Shown here one piece after another: positions 25,051 to 37,771 of a stretch of DNA of 64,000 nt. The notes beneath the pieces are model-generated. The model was given only the letters and a program-made list of their open reading frames with translations. It had not been told where the DNA came from and did not search any database. This stretch comes from Hemiscyllium ocellatum (taxonomy: Eukaryota), in the NCBI RefSeq assembly GCF_020745735.1, contig NC_083445.1, forward strand, positions 26,286,324-26,350,323, read 5' to 3'. Each line of letters begins with the position of its first letter. Position 1 is the stretch's first letter. The position numbers were made by a program, and so were the translations under genes.

Positions 25051-26344
25051 TCTGACTCACATCAATAAATGTACATTTATATTAAATCCAAAATAAATTG
25101 GTTCCTCAGCACAGTTAATGGCAGAATGTCGAGAATGCGTATTTTCTCTCTAATCAATGCTGTAATCGTTCAGTAGAGTTTGACCGTTCAGTGGGGTGTA
25201 AATATCGCTGATTCAAATCCCGACAGCAGATAGTCATAACTTTGCAGCAGGCCCCTAATTTACATCTCAGCTCATCCTGTAGCTTTCCTGAAAATGCTTT
25301 TCCAACAAGCTTCATCAGCATCTTACATAATGGGTGTGAGTTCTGACAGATCATAGAGTCATAGACAAACTGCAGGAGTTTGGGAATCGGTTCTGAGAAA
25401 TAATGTATCAGCCTTGGGCGAATTTGATTGAGTGGGGCAAAGGGAATTGTGCTATATATTTCATTCGTGCTTTATTTTGGGTGCAGTTTCTCGTTCCACA
25501 GTTTGTGGAATAACCGTCACTGAATTTGAAATGTTAACTTTGTTTTCCCTCCACAGGTGCTGCCAGGCCTGCTGAGTTTTTCCTGCAATTTGTGCTTTTA
25601 TTTCAGATTTCCAGCATCCGAAGTTTGCTCTTCCATTTTCAGTTGGAAAAGCAGAGATTGTTAATAATTTTCATTAGAAAAATGCATTTTAATTATTGCT
25701 CCAATTTTTTTGGATTGGATAGTTTGGAATGTGGGTGATCTGATGATATTGAGCCGTAGTTTTAGAACTAACTGTATCAGGAAGTAACAATATCTCTCCA
25801 GAGCGCAGCCACTGGTCTAAATCAGTGGCCGTTATTTTGACCAATTAGATGTAGAATGTCGTTGCTCCCATTCCAAATAATAAACAGAATTTAAAAAAAA
25901 CAACCATTACGTTGTTCATATATTTTATTAAAACATGTTTAGTGCCAGTGAAAGCCGAAAGTGTGACCCAACGATTGGAAGGTAGGCACAGCAGTGAGGT
26001 ACAAGGCACCTTGAGCTGTTCCGCTATTTAATTAGACCATGCTTGATTTGACTTAACTCCATGTGCTTGACTTCGGTCTGTGCCCTTTAACACTTGATTA
26101 ATGGAAAAATAGGATCGATCCCAGATGTCATAATTGATCAGCAAATAGCCGAGGGAGGCACATTGGCTGGTTCTGAAAGATAATCCTGTGAAATATTTAA
26201 AGTGACCCAAAGAGGCTGTGATTAATTGCTAAACAGAATGAATTTTAAATATCTGACATGATCAAATTTACCAGATTCCTTTAATTTGACATTATATTTT
26301 GTTATTACAAATCAGTGGAGTTAAACAGTGAGGAAACGTTCATT

Positions 26345-26945
26345 CCCATTAGATGTTTGTAATGCGCCTAAATGATTTGGATGAGAATATCGGAGACCTG
26401 GTCAGTAAGTTTTCAAATGACACCAAACATAATGACATAGTGGACAGTGAAGAAAGTTACTACCTATTGGTTCAATGGCTTAAGGAATGATAGATGGAGT
26501 TTACTTTGTTTAACTGTGAGGTATTACTTTTTGGCAAAACAAACAAGGGCAGGAATCATTCACTTCAGAGCAGGGCACTGGATGGTGGTGTCGAACAGAG
26601 AGTCTGAGGGAGGCAGGGTATAATCCCTTCAAATGTGCATCACAGATGGACAGGGTGGTGAAGAATGCGTTTATCACTCATGGTTCAAACTTTTGAGTCT
26701 CAGAATTGGGCTGTCATGTTGAGGTTGGGCAGATCGCAGATGGGGCATCTTCTGGAGAACTGTGTGTAATTCTCGTCGCCCTGTTGTGGCTACAACATTA
26801 TTAACCGGAGTAGGGATAGGAAATGGTGCCAGGATGTTGCCTGCGTTGAAGGGTTTGAGTTAGAAACATTGGCTGGATAGGTTGGGACTTCGACACTGCA
26901 GCGTGGAAGTTCGAGGGGCGACCTTATAGTTGTTTATAAAATCAG
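26345..26945 (+). mobile_element. CR1 LINE fragment
   Basis: SKFSNDTK/VDSEE RT motifs, heavily mutated. Confidence 0.75.
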
Positions 26946-26956
26946 GAGAGACATAT

Positions 26957-27960
26957 TGTTACAAAGCCGACGTTAAACCCTTCTGTTAATTAAAACCAAA
27001 CACACAGAAAAACTCTCCACAACTCGTTTTTTTTTAAAGTGTGAGTGAATGAAAGAGAACTTCTAATTTCCATTATTTAGAGGAAAATAGCCTCGTATTT
27101 TCGAACAGAGCACGAACCAAAACTATTAAAAAATCCAAATCCCCTTTTTCTAAACTAATTATTAACTGGCCCTACGTGTATAACAATGCTGGTCCAATAG
27201 CATAATTATTAAAGATTGCATTAAATGAATCTGAAGTCTACACAGTTTCTGTCTTCTCCGCTATCTTCAGTCTTCCCCCTAATGATCTTCCTGGCTCATC
27301 TTCTTACTTTTTTACTGCTGTTGCAGGAAAAGAAGCCTTTTGATAAAGAGTGTGTTCTTATTTCTTTGAGAAATTTGAAAGCAAGCTGTTAGATGCATAG
27401 TTCGCTCTCTGGCTCTCTGGCAGTTGCTATGCTGTTCAGTGGTAATTGCTCTGAACGGTTTCTAAAATGCCTTGGTTTAATATGCCCCAATATCATACCT
27501 TCTCAATGGTCTGATGCTGTCAATACAATAAATTCAAACACAATTGTATTTCAGTATCCTGGGCATAATTTAAACTAGTGCCGAGAATGTCATGCTGGAA
27601 AGGCACAGCAAGTCAACCAACATCTGAGGAGCAGGAGAATTGACAGTTCGGGCATAAGCTTCTCCCACAGGGATGGATTCCTGATGAAGGGCTTGTGCCT
27701 GAATGTCGTTTCTTCTGTTTCTCGAATGTTGCCTGACCTGCTGTGCTTTTCTAGCACCACACTCTCGACTATGATCTCCAGAATCTGCCGTCCTCACTTT
27801 CGTCTAAATAATTTAAACTTATTGATTAAATTTGAATTGGTGTCAAAACAGCAACCGAAACTCGGGCGCCCATTTAACTGCATTTGCTGTATCTTTTTTG
27901 GAACAGATCATCTCTTAGCTGTTCTGTTCTGCAGCTGTAGCTGCACTTTAAAATTACTTT
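26957..27960 (-). mobile_element. Gmr1-family LTR (solo or partial) split by a palindromic insert
   Basis: TGTTACAAAG...CTGTTAATTAAAACCAAACACACAGAAAA matches LTR ends at 1275, 53577 and 59063; LTR similarity resumes after 27819. Confidence 0.7.
27577..27807. mobile_element. Palindromic Penelope-pLTR-derived insert with 12-bp TSD
   Basis: Inverted arms around CTGATGAAGGGCTTGTGCC; TSD ATAATTTAAACT at 27565-27576 and 27808-27819. Confidence 0.8.
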
Positions 27961-28929
27961 AAAAATGTGGAAAACACGTTTTGTCTGAAAGTGAACAAAA
28001 TCTCTTTCAATTTCATAACAAAACGGTGAATAGCAAAGATTTTTTTTCCTCAGCAGTGGGAGTTCAAAATTGGGGGAATATTTATAAGATGAAAGGAGAA
28101 AGACTGAAAACGGAGATGAAGGGCATTTTTTTTACACAGAAGGTGGTTAAATGTGGAATGAAGTGCCAGAGGAAGTGATGGATGCAGGTATTGTTACCAC
28201 GTTTAAAAGACTTTTGGGTAATACATGAACAGGAAAGATTTGTTGGGATATGGCCATACATAAAGTGGTGGTACTAGTTTATTGTGGAAACAATATGGCA
28301 TGGACCAGTTGGACTGAAGGATCTGCTTGACTCTATGGCTCCATGACTATAAATACATTCCCTAAGGTCAATGAAGGAAACCATTTGGAACAACATCATG
28401 TGGACATGCTATGAGTTTTTAAATTATTCTTTGAGTCTTCGAGTGAATATTTGCACCTCTGGATAAGCATGAAAGTGTCTGAATTCTTTCTTCTCCCTGA
28501 GAACCTAATACTCATCAGCCTATAATCGAGAAACAGGGCAGAGACAGTGAATACGGGCAACTTCGGTTTGAGTGTAGTCTGAAGAGAAACATTCAGGTGA
28601 AATTCTTCAATGCTTGTACTGACCTTGTACTCATAGCTCACCGTTTTGGGATATGCTGTTGAAGGAACATAAACGTTAGATGATACTGGAAGCCTCTTCA
28701 CCTCTACCTATTGCTGTTCCATTTATGAAATATTTCTGCTCAACAACCTTTACAATGCTTAACCCCATTGTTTAATATTCAACTAGAGAGTGATGATCCT
28801 CTGAAATTCTCTGCCATAGAAAGTACTTGAGGTCAAGACATTGAATCTTTTAAGCAAGCTGTTACTTTATATCGGGGTCGGTGGAGAAAGCATCAATGGG
28901 GTACTCTGCTAGATGATAAGCTGTGAAAG

Positions 28930-29850
28930 CATTGAAGCATGTTTATTAAGTTTACAGATGACATCAAAATTGCTGGAGTAGTGGACAGTGAAGAAGGTTA
29001 TCTAAGAGTACAATGCGATCTTGATCAACTGAGCCAATGAGTTGATGAATGGCAGATAGAGTTTAATTTAAATGAATGTGAGGTATTGCATTTTGGTCTG
29101 ACAAACCAGAACAGGACTGACACAGTTAATGGTAGAGCTCTAGAAGTACTGTTGAACAGAGAGCATAGGATTCAGGTACATAGTTCCCTGAAAAAAGTGT
29201 CACAGACAGATAGGGTGTTGAAGAAGGAGTTTTGCATGCTTGCCTTCATTAGTCAGAGCATGGAGTATGGGAGATGAGACGGTTTATTGCAGTTGTATGA
29301 GATATTGGTGAGGTCACTTTTGGAGTATAGCATTTAGTCATGATCATACACTTATGTGAAGGATAATATTAAATTTTAAAGTGTGCAGAAATGTTTTACA
29401 AGAATGTCACTAGGACTGGAAGGTTTGAGTTATGAAGAGAGGTTGGATAAGGTCAGATTTTGTTTTTAGAGAGCTTATGAGGCTGAGGGGTGACTTTGAG
29501 TTTAAGAAAATTCTGAGGTGCATAAATAAGTCGAATATTAGAGGTATTTTTCCACTGGTGGGGCGGTTCAAAACTAGAAGGCATGGTTTAAGATGAGAAG
29601 GGAAAGATTTAAAACAGACTTGAGGAGCAACATTTTTCACAGAAAGGATGCTGCCTTAATAGAATTTTTGTTAGAGAAAGGGCAGATGAGGGTACATTTA
29701 CAAATTTAAAAGACTTTTAGGCAATAATGCAAATAAGAAAAGGTCGGTGGCATACGGACCAAATATGAGCAAACTAGTTGAGTTTGGGAGCATTGTTTGG
29801 CAAGGACAAGTTGGAGTGAAGGGTCCCTTTCCGTTCTGTTGACTCTATGT
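28930..29850 (+). mobile_element. CR1 LINE 3' part, degenerate
   Basis: FTDDIKIAGVVDSEEGY...LHFG...QVHSSLK motifs. Confidence 0.8.
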
Positions 29851-30131
29851 CTCAATATTGAAGCAGGCTCGAAGTTCAGAATAAGTTTCCTAAGATCAGA
29901 AGGTAGAGAGATGGTAATGGGATCGGGTGATAATGTGATGCAATGTGAGCTGACAGGCTGTGGCGTGTTAGTTTGGTAGCGTGGTGCTTGGTGGGATCAC
30001 TGGCAGTTTGAGCGGAAATACAACAGATGGATCAGTTTCAAGGCTAGTTAGTTGATAGTAAGCAGGGCACCTGGTTGTGTCAGTGGTAGTGAAGTGGTAG
30101 GTGGACATGATGTCAAAATGCAACAAATTTA

Positions 30132-30439
30132 GGGCGGCACGGTGGCACAGTGGTTAGCACTGCTGCCTCACAGCGCCTGTAGACCTGGGTTCAATTCCTG
30201 ACTCAGGCGACTGACTGTGTGGAGTTTGCACGTTCTCCCTGTGTCTGCGTGGGTTTCCTCCGGATGCTCCGGTTTCCTCCCACAGTCCAAAGATGTGTCA
30301 GGTGAATTGGCCAAGCTAAATTGCCCATAGTGTTAGGTAAGGGGTAAATGTAGGGGTATGGGTGGGTTGCGCTTCGGCGGGTCGGTGTGGACTTGTTGGG
30401 CCGAAGGGCCTGTTTCCACACTGTAAGTCTAATCTAATC
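30132..30439 (+). mobile_element. Young, apparently full-length V-SINE (HE1-like)
   Basis: tRNA-like head GGGCGGCACGGTGGCACAGTGGTTAGCACTGCTGCC and B-box GGTTCAATTCC; V-domain GTGTGGAGTTTGCACGTTCTCCC; CR1-like 3' end GGGCCGAAGGGCCTGTTTCC; (CTAAT)n tail. Confidence 0.9.
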
Positions 30440-30839
30440 AGAGGTTGGTGAAATGACAGGCAGTAATGGCACGTGGATTAGGGAGGTAGGTTGCAATGTG
30501 CACAGGTTTGTTTGGGTAAGATGAGAGGTAGATGACTAAGGGCTGGGAATATGTCTGGAGGAGTTGGAACCTGTCAGGGGGTGTGTGAAATCTATGATGG
30601 CATGTCCAGTCAGTGACAGCTGTACCAAGGACATTCATGAAGGGCAGGTTCGAGGTTGTCAATGTGAATGGATGTTCAGAACCTGATAGTGATTTGCAAT
30701 AAACTTGCGTTAAGTTGATAGTTATTGAAGTTAAAATGTTAATATCTCGAACCATACTTGGAGAAAGGCCAACTCAAAACATTCCAAAGTCTCTGAATGC
30801 TTAAAGGAGGTGGTCATGTCTTCAAAGGCCTCCAAAATT

Positions 30840-31760
30840 TGGATTATTTGTAATATACATAAATGATCCGGAGGAAGGTATTCATGGTCTGTTTCGAAAG
30901 TTTGTAGATGACGCTAAGATTCGTGGAGTAGCAGATTGTGAAGCAGGCTGTCAGAGAATGCAGCAGAATATGGATTTGAGAGTTGGGCAGAGAAATGGAA
31001 GATGGCGTTCAATCCAGGCAATTGCGAGGTGATACATTTTGTAAGATCTATTTCAAGAGGGAACTATACGTTAAATGGAAAAGTCCCGTGAAAATTGATG
31101 AGCAGAGAGATTTTGATTTTCAGATACATTGTGGTAACACAGGTCAGTAGAGTGGTCAAGGAGCCATACATCATGCTTTCTGTCATTGAATGGGATTTTG
31201 AGCACAAGAGTTGGCAGGTCATGTTATAGTTGTATAGAACTTTGGTTTGGCCAAATTTGGAATATTGCGTCCAATTCTGGTTGCCATATTAGCAAAAGGA
31301 TGTGGATGCTTTGGAGAGGGTACAGAGGATATTCATCACGATGTTGCCTGGTAGGGAGGGTGCTAACTATGAAGAGAGGTTGAATAGATTAGGATTATTT
31401 TTGTTAGAAAGATGGAGGGTGAGGGAAAACCTGTTTGAGGTCTACAAAATCGTGTGAGGTAAAGATAGGGTGGATAGCATGAAGCTTTTTCAGAGAGTGG
31501 GGGACACAGTTACTCCAGTCACGAGTTCAAAGTGAGAGGGGAGAAGTTTAAGGGAGATATAAGTGGAAAGTTCTTGCCCATAGGGTGGTGGGTGCCTGGA
31601 GCATGTTGGTAGAGGTGGGCATGAAAGCTTTATTTAAGATATTTCGAGACACAGATAATTAGAAAATAGGCAACAGGTTTGGATAGAGGATCTGGGTCTT
31701 CACAAACTTGGAGGGCTGAAGGGCCTGTTCCTGTGCTGTAATTGTCTTTGTTCTTTGTTC
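30840..31760 (+). mobile_element. CR1 LINE 3' part, degenerate
   Basis: KFVDDAKIRG motif; 3' end GAAGGGCCTGTTCCTGTGCTGT and (TTCTTTG)n tail. Confidence 0.8.
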
Positions 31761-31927
31761 TTTAATTGCCAGTTGGAAGTTTCACGTTCAATCAGGTGAG
31801 ACAGATCTTTTTTCTGGTCTCGATGATCAGCTCCTATCTCTAATGCTGCAGCGACCATCATCCCATCGAGAGACACCTGTCTCGCATTGCTAAGTGAGAA
31901 GGAAGCTTCTCAACAGATGTGGGAATA

Positions 31928-32358
31928 AATTGAGGACTCTAGTTGCTGGACATCAGAGTCGAAGAATGTGCTGCTGGCAAAGCACAGCTGGTCAGGCAGC
32001 ATCCATGGAACAGCACTGATGAAGGGCTTTTGCCCGAAACATCGATTCCCCTGCTCCTCGGATGTTGCCTGACAGGCTGTGCTTTTCCAGCACTACTCTC
32101 TTTGACTTCTCAATACAGGTCTAGATTAGAGAGGTGCTGGAAAAGCACAGCAAGTCAGGCAGCACCCGAGGAGCAGGAAAATCGACGTTTCGGGCAAAAG
32201 CCCTTCATCAACAATATTCCTCTATTCCTGATGAAGAACTTTTGCCCAAAACGTTGATTTTCCTGCTCCTCAGATGCTGCCTGATCTGCTGTGTTTTTCC
32301 AGCACCACTCTAATCTAGACTCAAGTTTCCAGCAGCTGCAGTCCTCGTTTTTTTTTAC
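31928..32358. mobile_element. Two tandem palindromic Penelope-pLTR inserts
   Basis: Two hairpin elements (~31928-32100 and 32119-32358) bounded by CTTCTCAA(C/T)ACAG-like copies at 31906, 32106 and 32359. Confidence 0.8.
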
Positions 32359-32429
32359 CTTCTCAACACAGATGCCTACTATTTTCCATCTCGAGGAACA
32401 GTGACCTTAAATATTTCTATTGATATTTT

Positions 32430-35400
32430 ATGTTAGATCTGGTCTATCCTTTTCCATCACTATTTTAAAATGAATAGAATTATGGTCGCTGGCTTCAAAG
32501 TGCTCCCCCAGTGACACCTCAGTCCCCTGCCCTGCCTTATTTCCCAAGAGTAGGTCAAGTTTTGCACCTTCTCTAGTAAATACATCCACATACTGAATCT
32601 GAAAATTGCCTGTACACACTAAACAAATTCCTCTCCATCTAAACCTTTGACACTCTGGCAGTCCCAGTCGATGTTTGGAAAGTTAAAATCCCCTACCATA
32701 ACTATCCTTAGAGATAGCTAAGATCCACTTAAAAGTTTGTTTCTCAATTTCCCTCTGACTATTGGGAGGTCTATAACATAATCCAAATAAGGTGATCATC
32801 CCTTTCTTATTTCTCAGCTCCTGGATGTATTTCCGGGAATATCCTCCCTCAGCACACCTGTAATGCTATTCCTTATCAAAAATGCCACTGCCCCTCCTCT
32901 CTTGCCTCCCTTTCTATCCTTCCTGTCACATTTGTATCCTGGAACTTTAAGCTGCCAGTCCTGCCTATCCCTGAGCCATATTTCTGTAATTGCTATGATA
33001 TCGTGAATCCATGTTCCTAACCATGCCCTGAGTTCACCTGCCTTCCCTGTTAAGCCCGTTGCTTTGAAATAAATGCAGTTTAATTTATTAGTCCTCCCTT
33101 GTCCCTGCCTGCCCTGACTGCTTGACTCATTTCTGTTCTCAGCTGTACCCATCTCAGATCGATCTCTTCCCTCACTTTCTCTCTGGGTCCCACCTCCCAC
33201 CTTACTAGTGTGAATCCTCCCAAGCAGTTCGAGCAAATTTCCCAGCCAGTATATTTGTCCCCTTCCAATTTAGGTGCAATCCGTCCTTCTTATACAGGTC
33301 AATTCTAATTTAGGGAAAGGCCAATTTTGACAATAGTAGGCAAGAACATTCGAAAGCTGATGGGAGGCAGATGTTCGCAGGTAAAGGGACGGCTGGGAAA
33401 TGGGAAGCCTTCAGAAAAGGTGATCTCGAAAGTCCAGAGAAAGTTTATTTCTGTCAGGGTGAAAGGGAACGCATGTAGGGAATGAGGGATGACTAAAGGA
33501 ATTGAGGGTTCGGTTAAGAAAAAGAAGGAAGCATATGTCAGGTATAGACAGGATAGGTCGAGTGAATCCTTAGAAGAGTATAAAGGAAGTAGGAGTATAC
33601 TTAAGAGGGAAATCAGGATGGCAAAATGGGGACATCAGATAGCTTTGGCTATCCAAAGGGGTTTTACAAATATATTAAGGACAAAAGGGTAACTAGGGAG
33701 AGAATAGGGCCCTCAAAGATCAGCAAGGCCATCTTTGTGTGGAGACACAGAGAATGGGGGAGATACTAAATGAATATTTTGCATCAGTATTTACTGTGTA
33801 AAAGGATATGGAGGACATAGGTTGTAGGGAAATAGATGGTGACATCTTGCAAAAAGTCCAGATTACAGATGAGGAAGTGCTGGATGTCTTCAAACGGTTA
33901 AAGGTAGATAAATCCCCTGAACCTGATCATGTGTATCCAAGAACACTGTGGGAAGCTAGAGAAGTGATTGCAGGGCCCCTGCTGGGATATTTGTATCATT
34001 GATAGTCACAGGTGAGGTGCCGCAGGACTAGAGGTTGGCAAACGTGTTGCCACTGTTTAAGGAGGGCGGTAAAGACAAGCCAGGGAACTATAGACTGGTA
34101 AGCCTGAACTCTGCGGTGGGCAAGTTGTTCGAGGATATCCTGAGGGACAGGATGTACATGTATTTGGAAAGGCAAGGACAGATTAGCAATAGATAACACG
34201 GCTTTGCGCGTGGGAAATCATGTCTCACAAACTTGATTGAGTTTTTTTGAAGTAGTAGCTAAGAAGATTGATGAGGGCAGAGCAGTAGATGTGATCTATA
34301 TGGACTTCAGTAAGGTGTTCGACAAGGTTCCCCATGGGAGACAGCTTAGATCTCATGGAATACAGGGAGATCTAGCCATTTGGATACAGAACTGGCTCAA
34401 AGGTAGAAGACAGAGGGTGGAGGGTTGTTTTTCAGACTGGAGGCCTGTGACCAGTGGAGTGCCACAAGGATCGGTGCTTGGTCCCCTACTTTTTGTCATT
34501 TATGTAAATGATTTGGATATGAGCATAAGACATGCAGTTAGTAAGTTTGCAGATGACATCAAAATTGGAGGTGTAGTGGAGAGCAAAGAGGGTTACCTCA
34601 GATTACAACAGGATCTGGACCAGATGGGCCAATGGGCTGAGAAGTGGCAGATGGAGTTTAATTCAGATAAATACGTGGTGCTGCATTTTGGGAAAGCAAA
34701 TCTTAGCAGGACTTATACACTTAATGGTAAGGTCCTAGGGAGTGTTTCTGAACAAAGAAACCTTGGAGTACAGGTTCATAGCTCCTTGAAAGTGGAGTCG
34801 CAGGTAGATAGGATAGTAAAGAAGGCGTTTGGTATGCTTTCCTCTATTTGTCAGAATATTGAGTACAGGAGTTGAGAGGCCATGTTGCGGCTGTACAGGA
34901 CATTGGTTCGGCCACTGTTGAAATATTGCATGCAATTCTGCCATTCTTCCTATCAGAAGGATGTTATGAAACTTGCAAGTGTTCAGAAAAAAATTACAAG
35001 GATGTTGCCAGGGTTGGAGGATTTGTGTTACAGGCAGAGCCTGAACAGGCAGCGGCTGTTTTTCCTGGAGCGTCGGAGCGTGAGGGATGACCTCATAGAG
35101 GTTTACAAAATTATGAGGGGCATGGATAGGATAAATTGACAAAGTCTTTTCCCTGGGGTGGGGGAGTCCAGAACTAGAGGGCAGGACAAATGTTTAGGGT
35201 GAGAGAGGAAAGATATAAAATAGATCTAAAGGGCAACGTTTTCATGCAGAGGGTGGTATATGTATGGAATGAGCTGCCAGAGGATGTGGTGGAGGCTGGT
35301 ACAATTGCAACATTTAAGAGGCATTTGGATGGTTATATGAATAGGAAGGGTTTGGCGGGATATGGGCCTAGTGCTCACACATGGGAATAGATTGGGTTTG

Positions 35401-35470
35401 GATATCTGGACGGCATGGATAGGTTGGACTGAAGGATCTATTTCCATGCTATACATCTCTATGACTCTAT
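32430..35470 (+). mobile_element. CR1 LINE with inverted 5' segment (32430-~33298 on - strand; ~33299-35470 on + strand)
   Basis: Inverted part has the ORF1 esterase end (DLYKKDGLHLNWKG) and the endonuclease start (KLNCIYF...IIAITEIW). Forward part has the RT (ORF 34237-34875) and the (CTCTATGA) tail. Confidence 0.88.
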
Positions 35471-36379
35471 GTTAATACCATTTGTGAATCTGACATCCTC
35501 AAAATGCTGTGGGTTATTATTGACATAAAGTGAACTGGAGTCTGCTTTTAAATATTGTGGCGACAAGAGCAGGTCAGACACCAGCCATTTTGCAGCGAAG
35601 TAACTCACGTCGTGTCCACTTACGCCTGGCCACAGACTGCAAGGTTTGTGGGTTGTGACTGCATGCTATTCACTTGCCTGGATGAATGTAGCTTCAATCA
35701 CTTTCAACCAGGTTAACACCGTCCAGGATAACCGTTTTCTTTTATTTCAGATTGGAATTAGATTAAAGCAGTTTCACACTGAGTCTCAAAACCCCGAAAT
35801 GCTGAAAGCCACTGTAGACTTTTATACAATCAAATTTCATGGTGGGTCACATTGTAATTGGGTAACGACAGATTGCAGAGTTACTATTGAACTTTAGTCA
35901 CGATGTATGTTTTTGGAGATGTTGTGAATCTGAGGTAGTATAATTTGGAAACATTTAATTTCAATTAAGCACTTCGAGAAGAAAACTGATATAAAGGACG
36001 AGACAATTTATTTTTTGTGGAATGTTTTTGGTTTGAGAAAAGCAGAGAGGTTGAATTAATTACTCTGCTCCTCAATTTGAGTTCAATGAACATGCCCCGT
36101 TTCGTTTTTGTAAAATTTTGGAACGGTTAATGATGATGGTATCAGAGTGTTCTTATTCCTTCTTGATAATAGTCAAGATGGAAGGGCGTGTTTCTGATGA
36201 TGGTAGCACGACATCATAGTCAACAGATCAACCACAGCAAAAATAGTCTAAAATTCCGCTGGAGCTTTGAATTGGAAAATGTGGAACAGTTTCATAGCTG
36301 TGAACAGAGTTTCATCACGGATACTGTTTCATTGACAGAGTCTCACTTGTTAAATAGCCCATTTTTTTCTTTTTCCTAG

Positions 36380-36679
36380 CGGTGCCATCTGCCCCCACAC
36401 TTTATGGCCTGGTCTCAACCTGTCAACAAGACGACATGGATCGCTCCATCATTTACGGCTGTTTAGCAATGGATTACATTCCAGACGTCACCACAGTGAC
36501 CTGGAAGAAAGACGGAGAGAAGATCACGGCTGGAGTGAAGACTTACCCATCAGTGAGGAACAAGAAGGGAACTTACACCCTGAGCAGCCAGTTAACCCTG
36601 ACCGAGTCAGAGGCGAATTGCAGCAAAATCTACTGTGAAGTTCAACACAGCAAGTCCAACAAGAGCATTGCAATGCCAT
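36380..36679 (+). CDS. IGHM: IgM Cmu1 exon
   Basis: Acceptor TTTTCCTAG|, (A)[14 protein letters not shown]...YGCLAMDY...TWKKDG...IYCEVQH...MP, donor T|GTAAGT; 300 nt, phase 1. Confidence 0.96.
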
Positions 36680-36959
36680 GTAAGTGTTGGAGGGACTGAG
36701 ATTAACAGAATAGGTGAGATTAGCATGGTGCATTATTTATATCACTTCCAACAGAGTCAGAGAGGTCTACCACAGGGAACCTAAACCATTCAGCTTTTTG
36801 AATCGATGCCTACCAAAACCGAATGATTCTGTTCAATCTCTGAGCATTTTATCCATTGCCTTGCATAACTTCACACTGCGGTTCAATACTAATTCAATAT
36901 TATGAGGGTGTCATCTCTCCCAGCCTTATATACTGTGATCCAGATTCCCAGCACCACCT

Positions 36960-37360
36960 GAGTTATATTTTTCTGCTGGCATCCACTCTAATCATCCTTA
37001 AACCCCCTTCGACGTTGCCTCTACCAGCAAGTGGGAATGTTCCTTCCTCTCTCCCCGTCCATATCCTCATTATTCCACACATCTCCATCGTGTCCCCGCT
37101 TCTTCTCCTCTGCTCCAAGGAAAACAAAGCCAGTCCAGCCAATCTCATTTCATCCTTTCAAAACTACAATTTTGCATCCCGGATAACATCCTGGTCATCC
37201 TTCTCTTAGTCCTCTGCATTGTATTCACATCCCTCCTCTAATGTGGGCTCCACAACTGTACACAGTGCGTTTGCTGTGGTCTAACCAAAGTTTTATTACA
37301 TTCCAGTTTCACCTCCCTCCTCCGAAACTCTGTGCCTCGGCTAATAAAGGCAAGTATCCA
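36960..37360 (-). mobile_element. CR1 fragment in the Cmu1-Cmu2 intron
   Basis: - strand LAFISRGTEF...KTLVRPQ..HCVQLWSPH and LFSLEQRR. Confidence 0.8.
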
Positions 37361-37420
37361 ACAATCCATGGCATTTGGTATCAGATCCGTCAGGTAATTT
37401 ATACAGTATGCTTCCTTAAG

Positions 37421-37771
37421 GTCCATCAGAAGACGCCCCTCACGCTCTCCTCCTGACTGTCAGCTCCAGCGAAGACATCGCAAGCAGCAAGTATGCAACT
37501 GTCCTCTGTTCAATCAGCGGTTTCCATCCGAAGACAATCTCCGTGAGTTGGTTGAAAAATGGGTTCCCCATGGACTCGAACTTTTTCACCGCTCCATTGT
37601 GTGAAGCATATGGCAAATTCTCAGCGACCAGTTGGCTGAACATCTCTGCTGTTGAGTGGTTTCACAGCGCCATCTATACCTGTCAGGTTACTCACCAAGG
37701 GCTCACTCAAAGTCGAAGCATAAACGCACCCCAGAAAGCTCCAAATCACTCTGCACTGGAATGTGAATCAG
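37421..37771 (+). CDS. IGHM: IgM Cmu2 exon (open frame)
   Basis: (C)PSEDAPHALLLTVSSSEDI...VLCSISGFHPKTISVSWLKNG...YTCQVTHQG...ALECES; acceptor CTTCCTTAAG|, donor G|GTACAT; 351 nt, no stops. Confidence 0.92.

Noticed and set aside
28396-28701. 101-aa - strand ORF
   Set aside because: No recognisable motif or splice context; length within chance expectation.
30132-30200. tRNA gene
   Set aside because: It is the tRNA-derived head of a SINE and continues into the V-domain and LINE tail.
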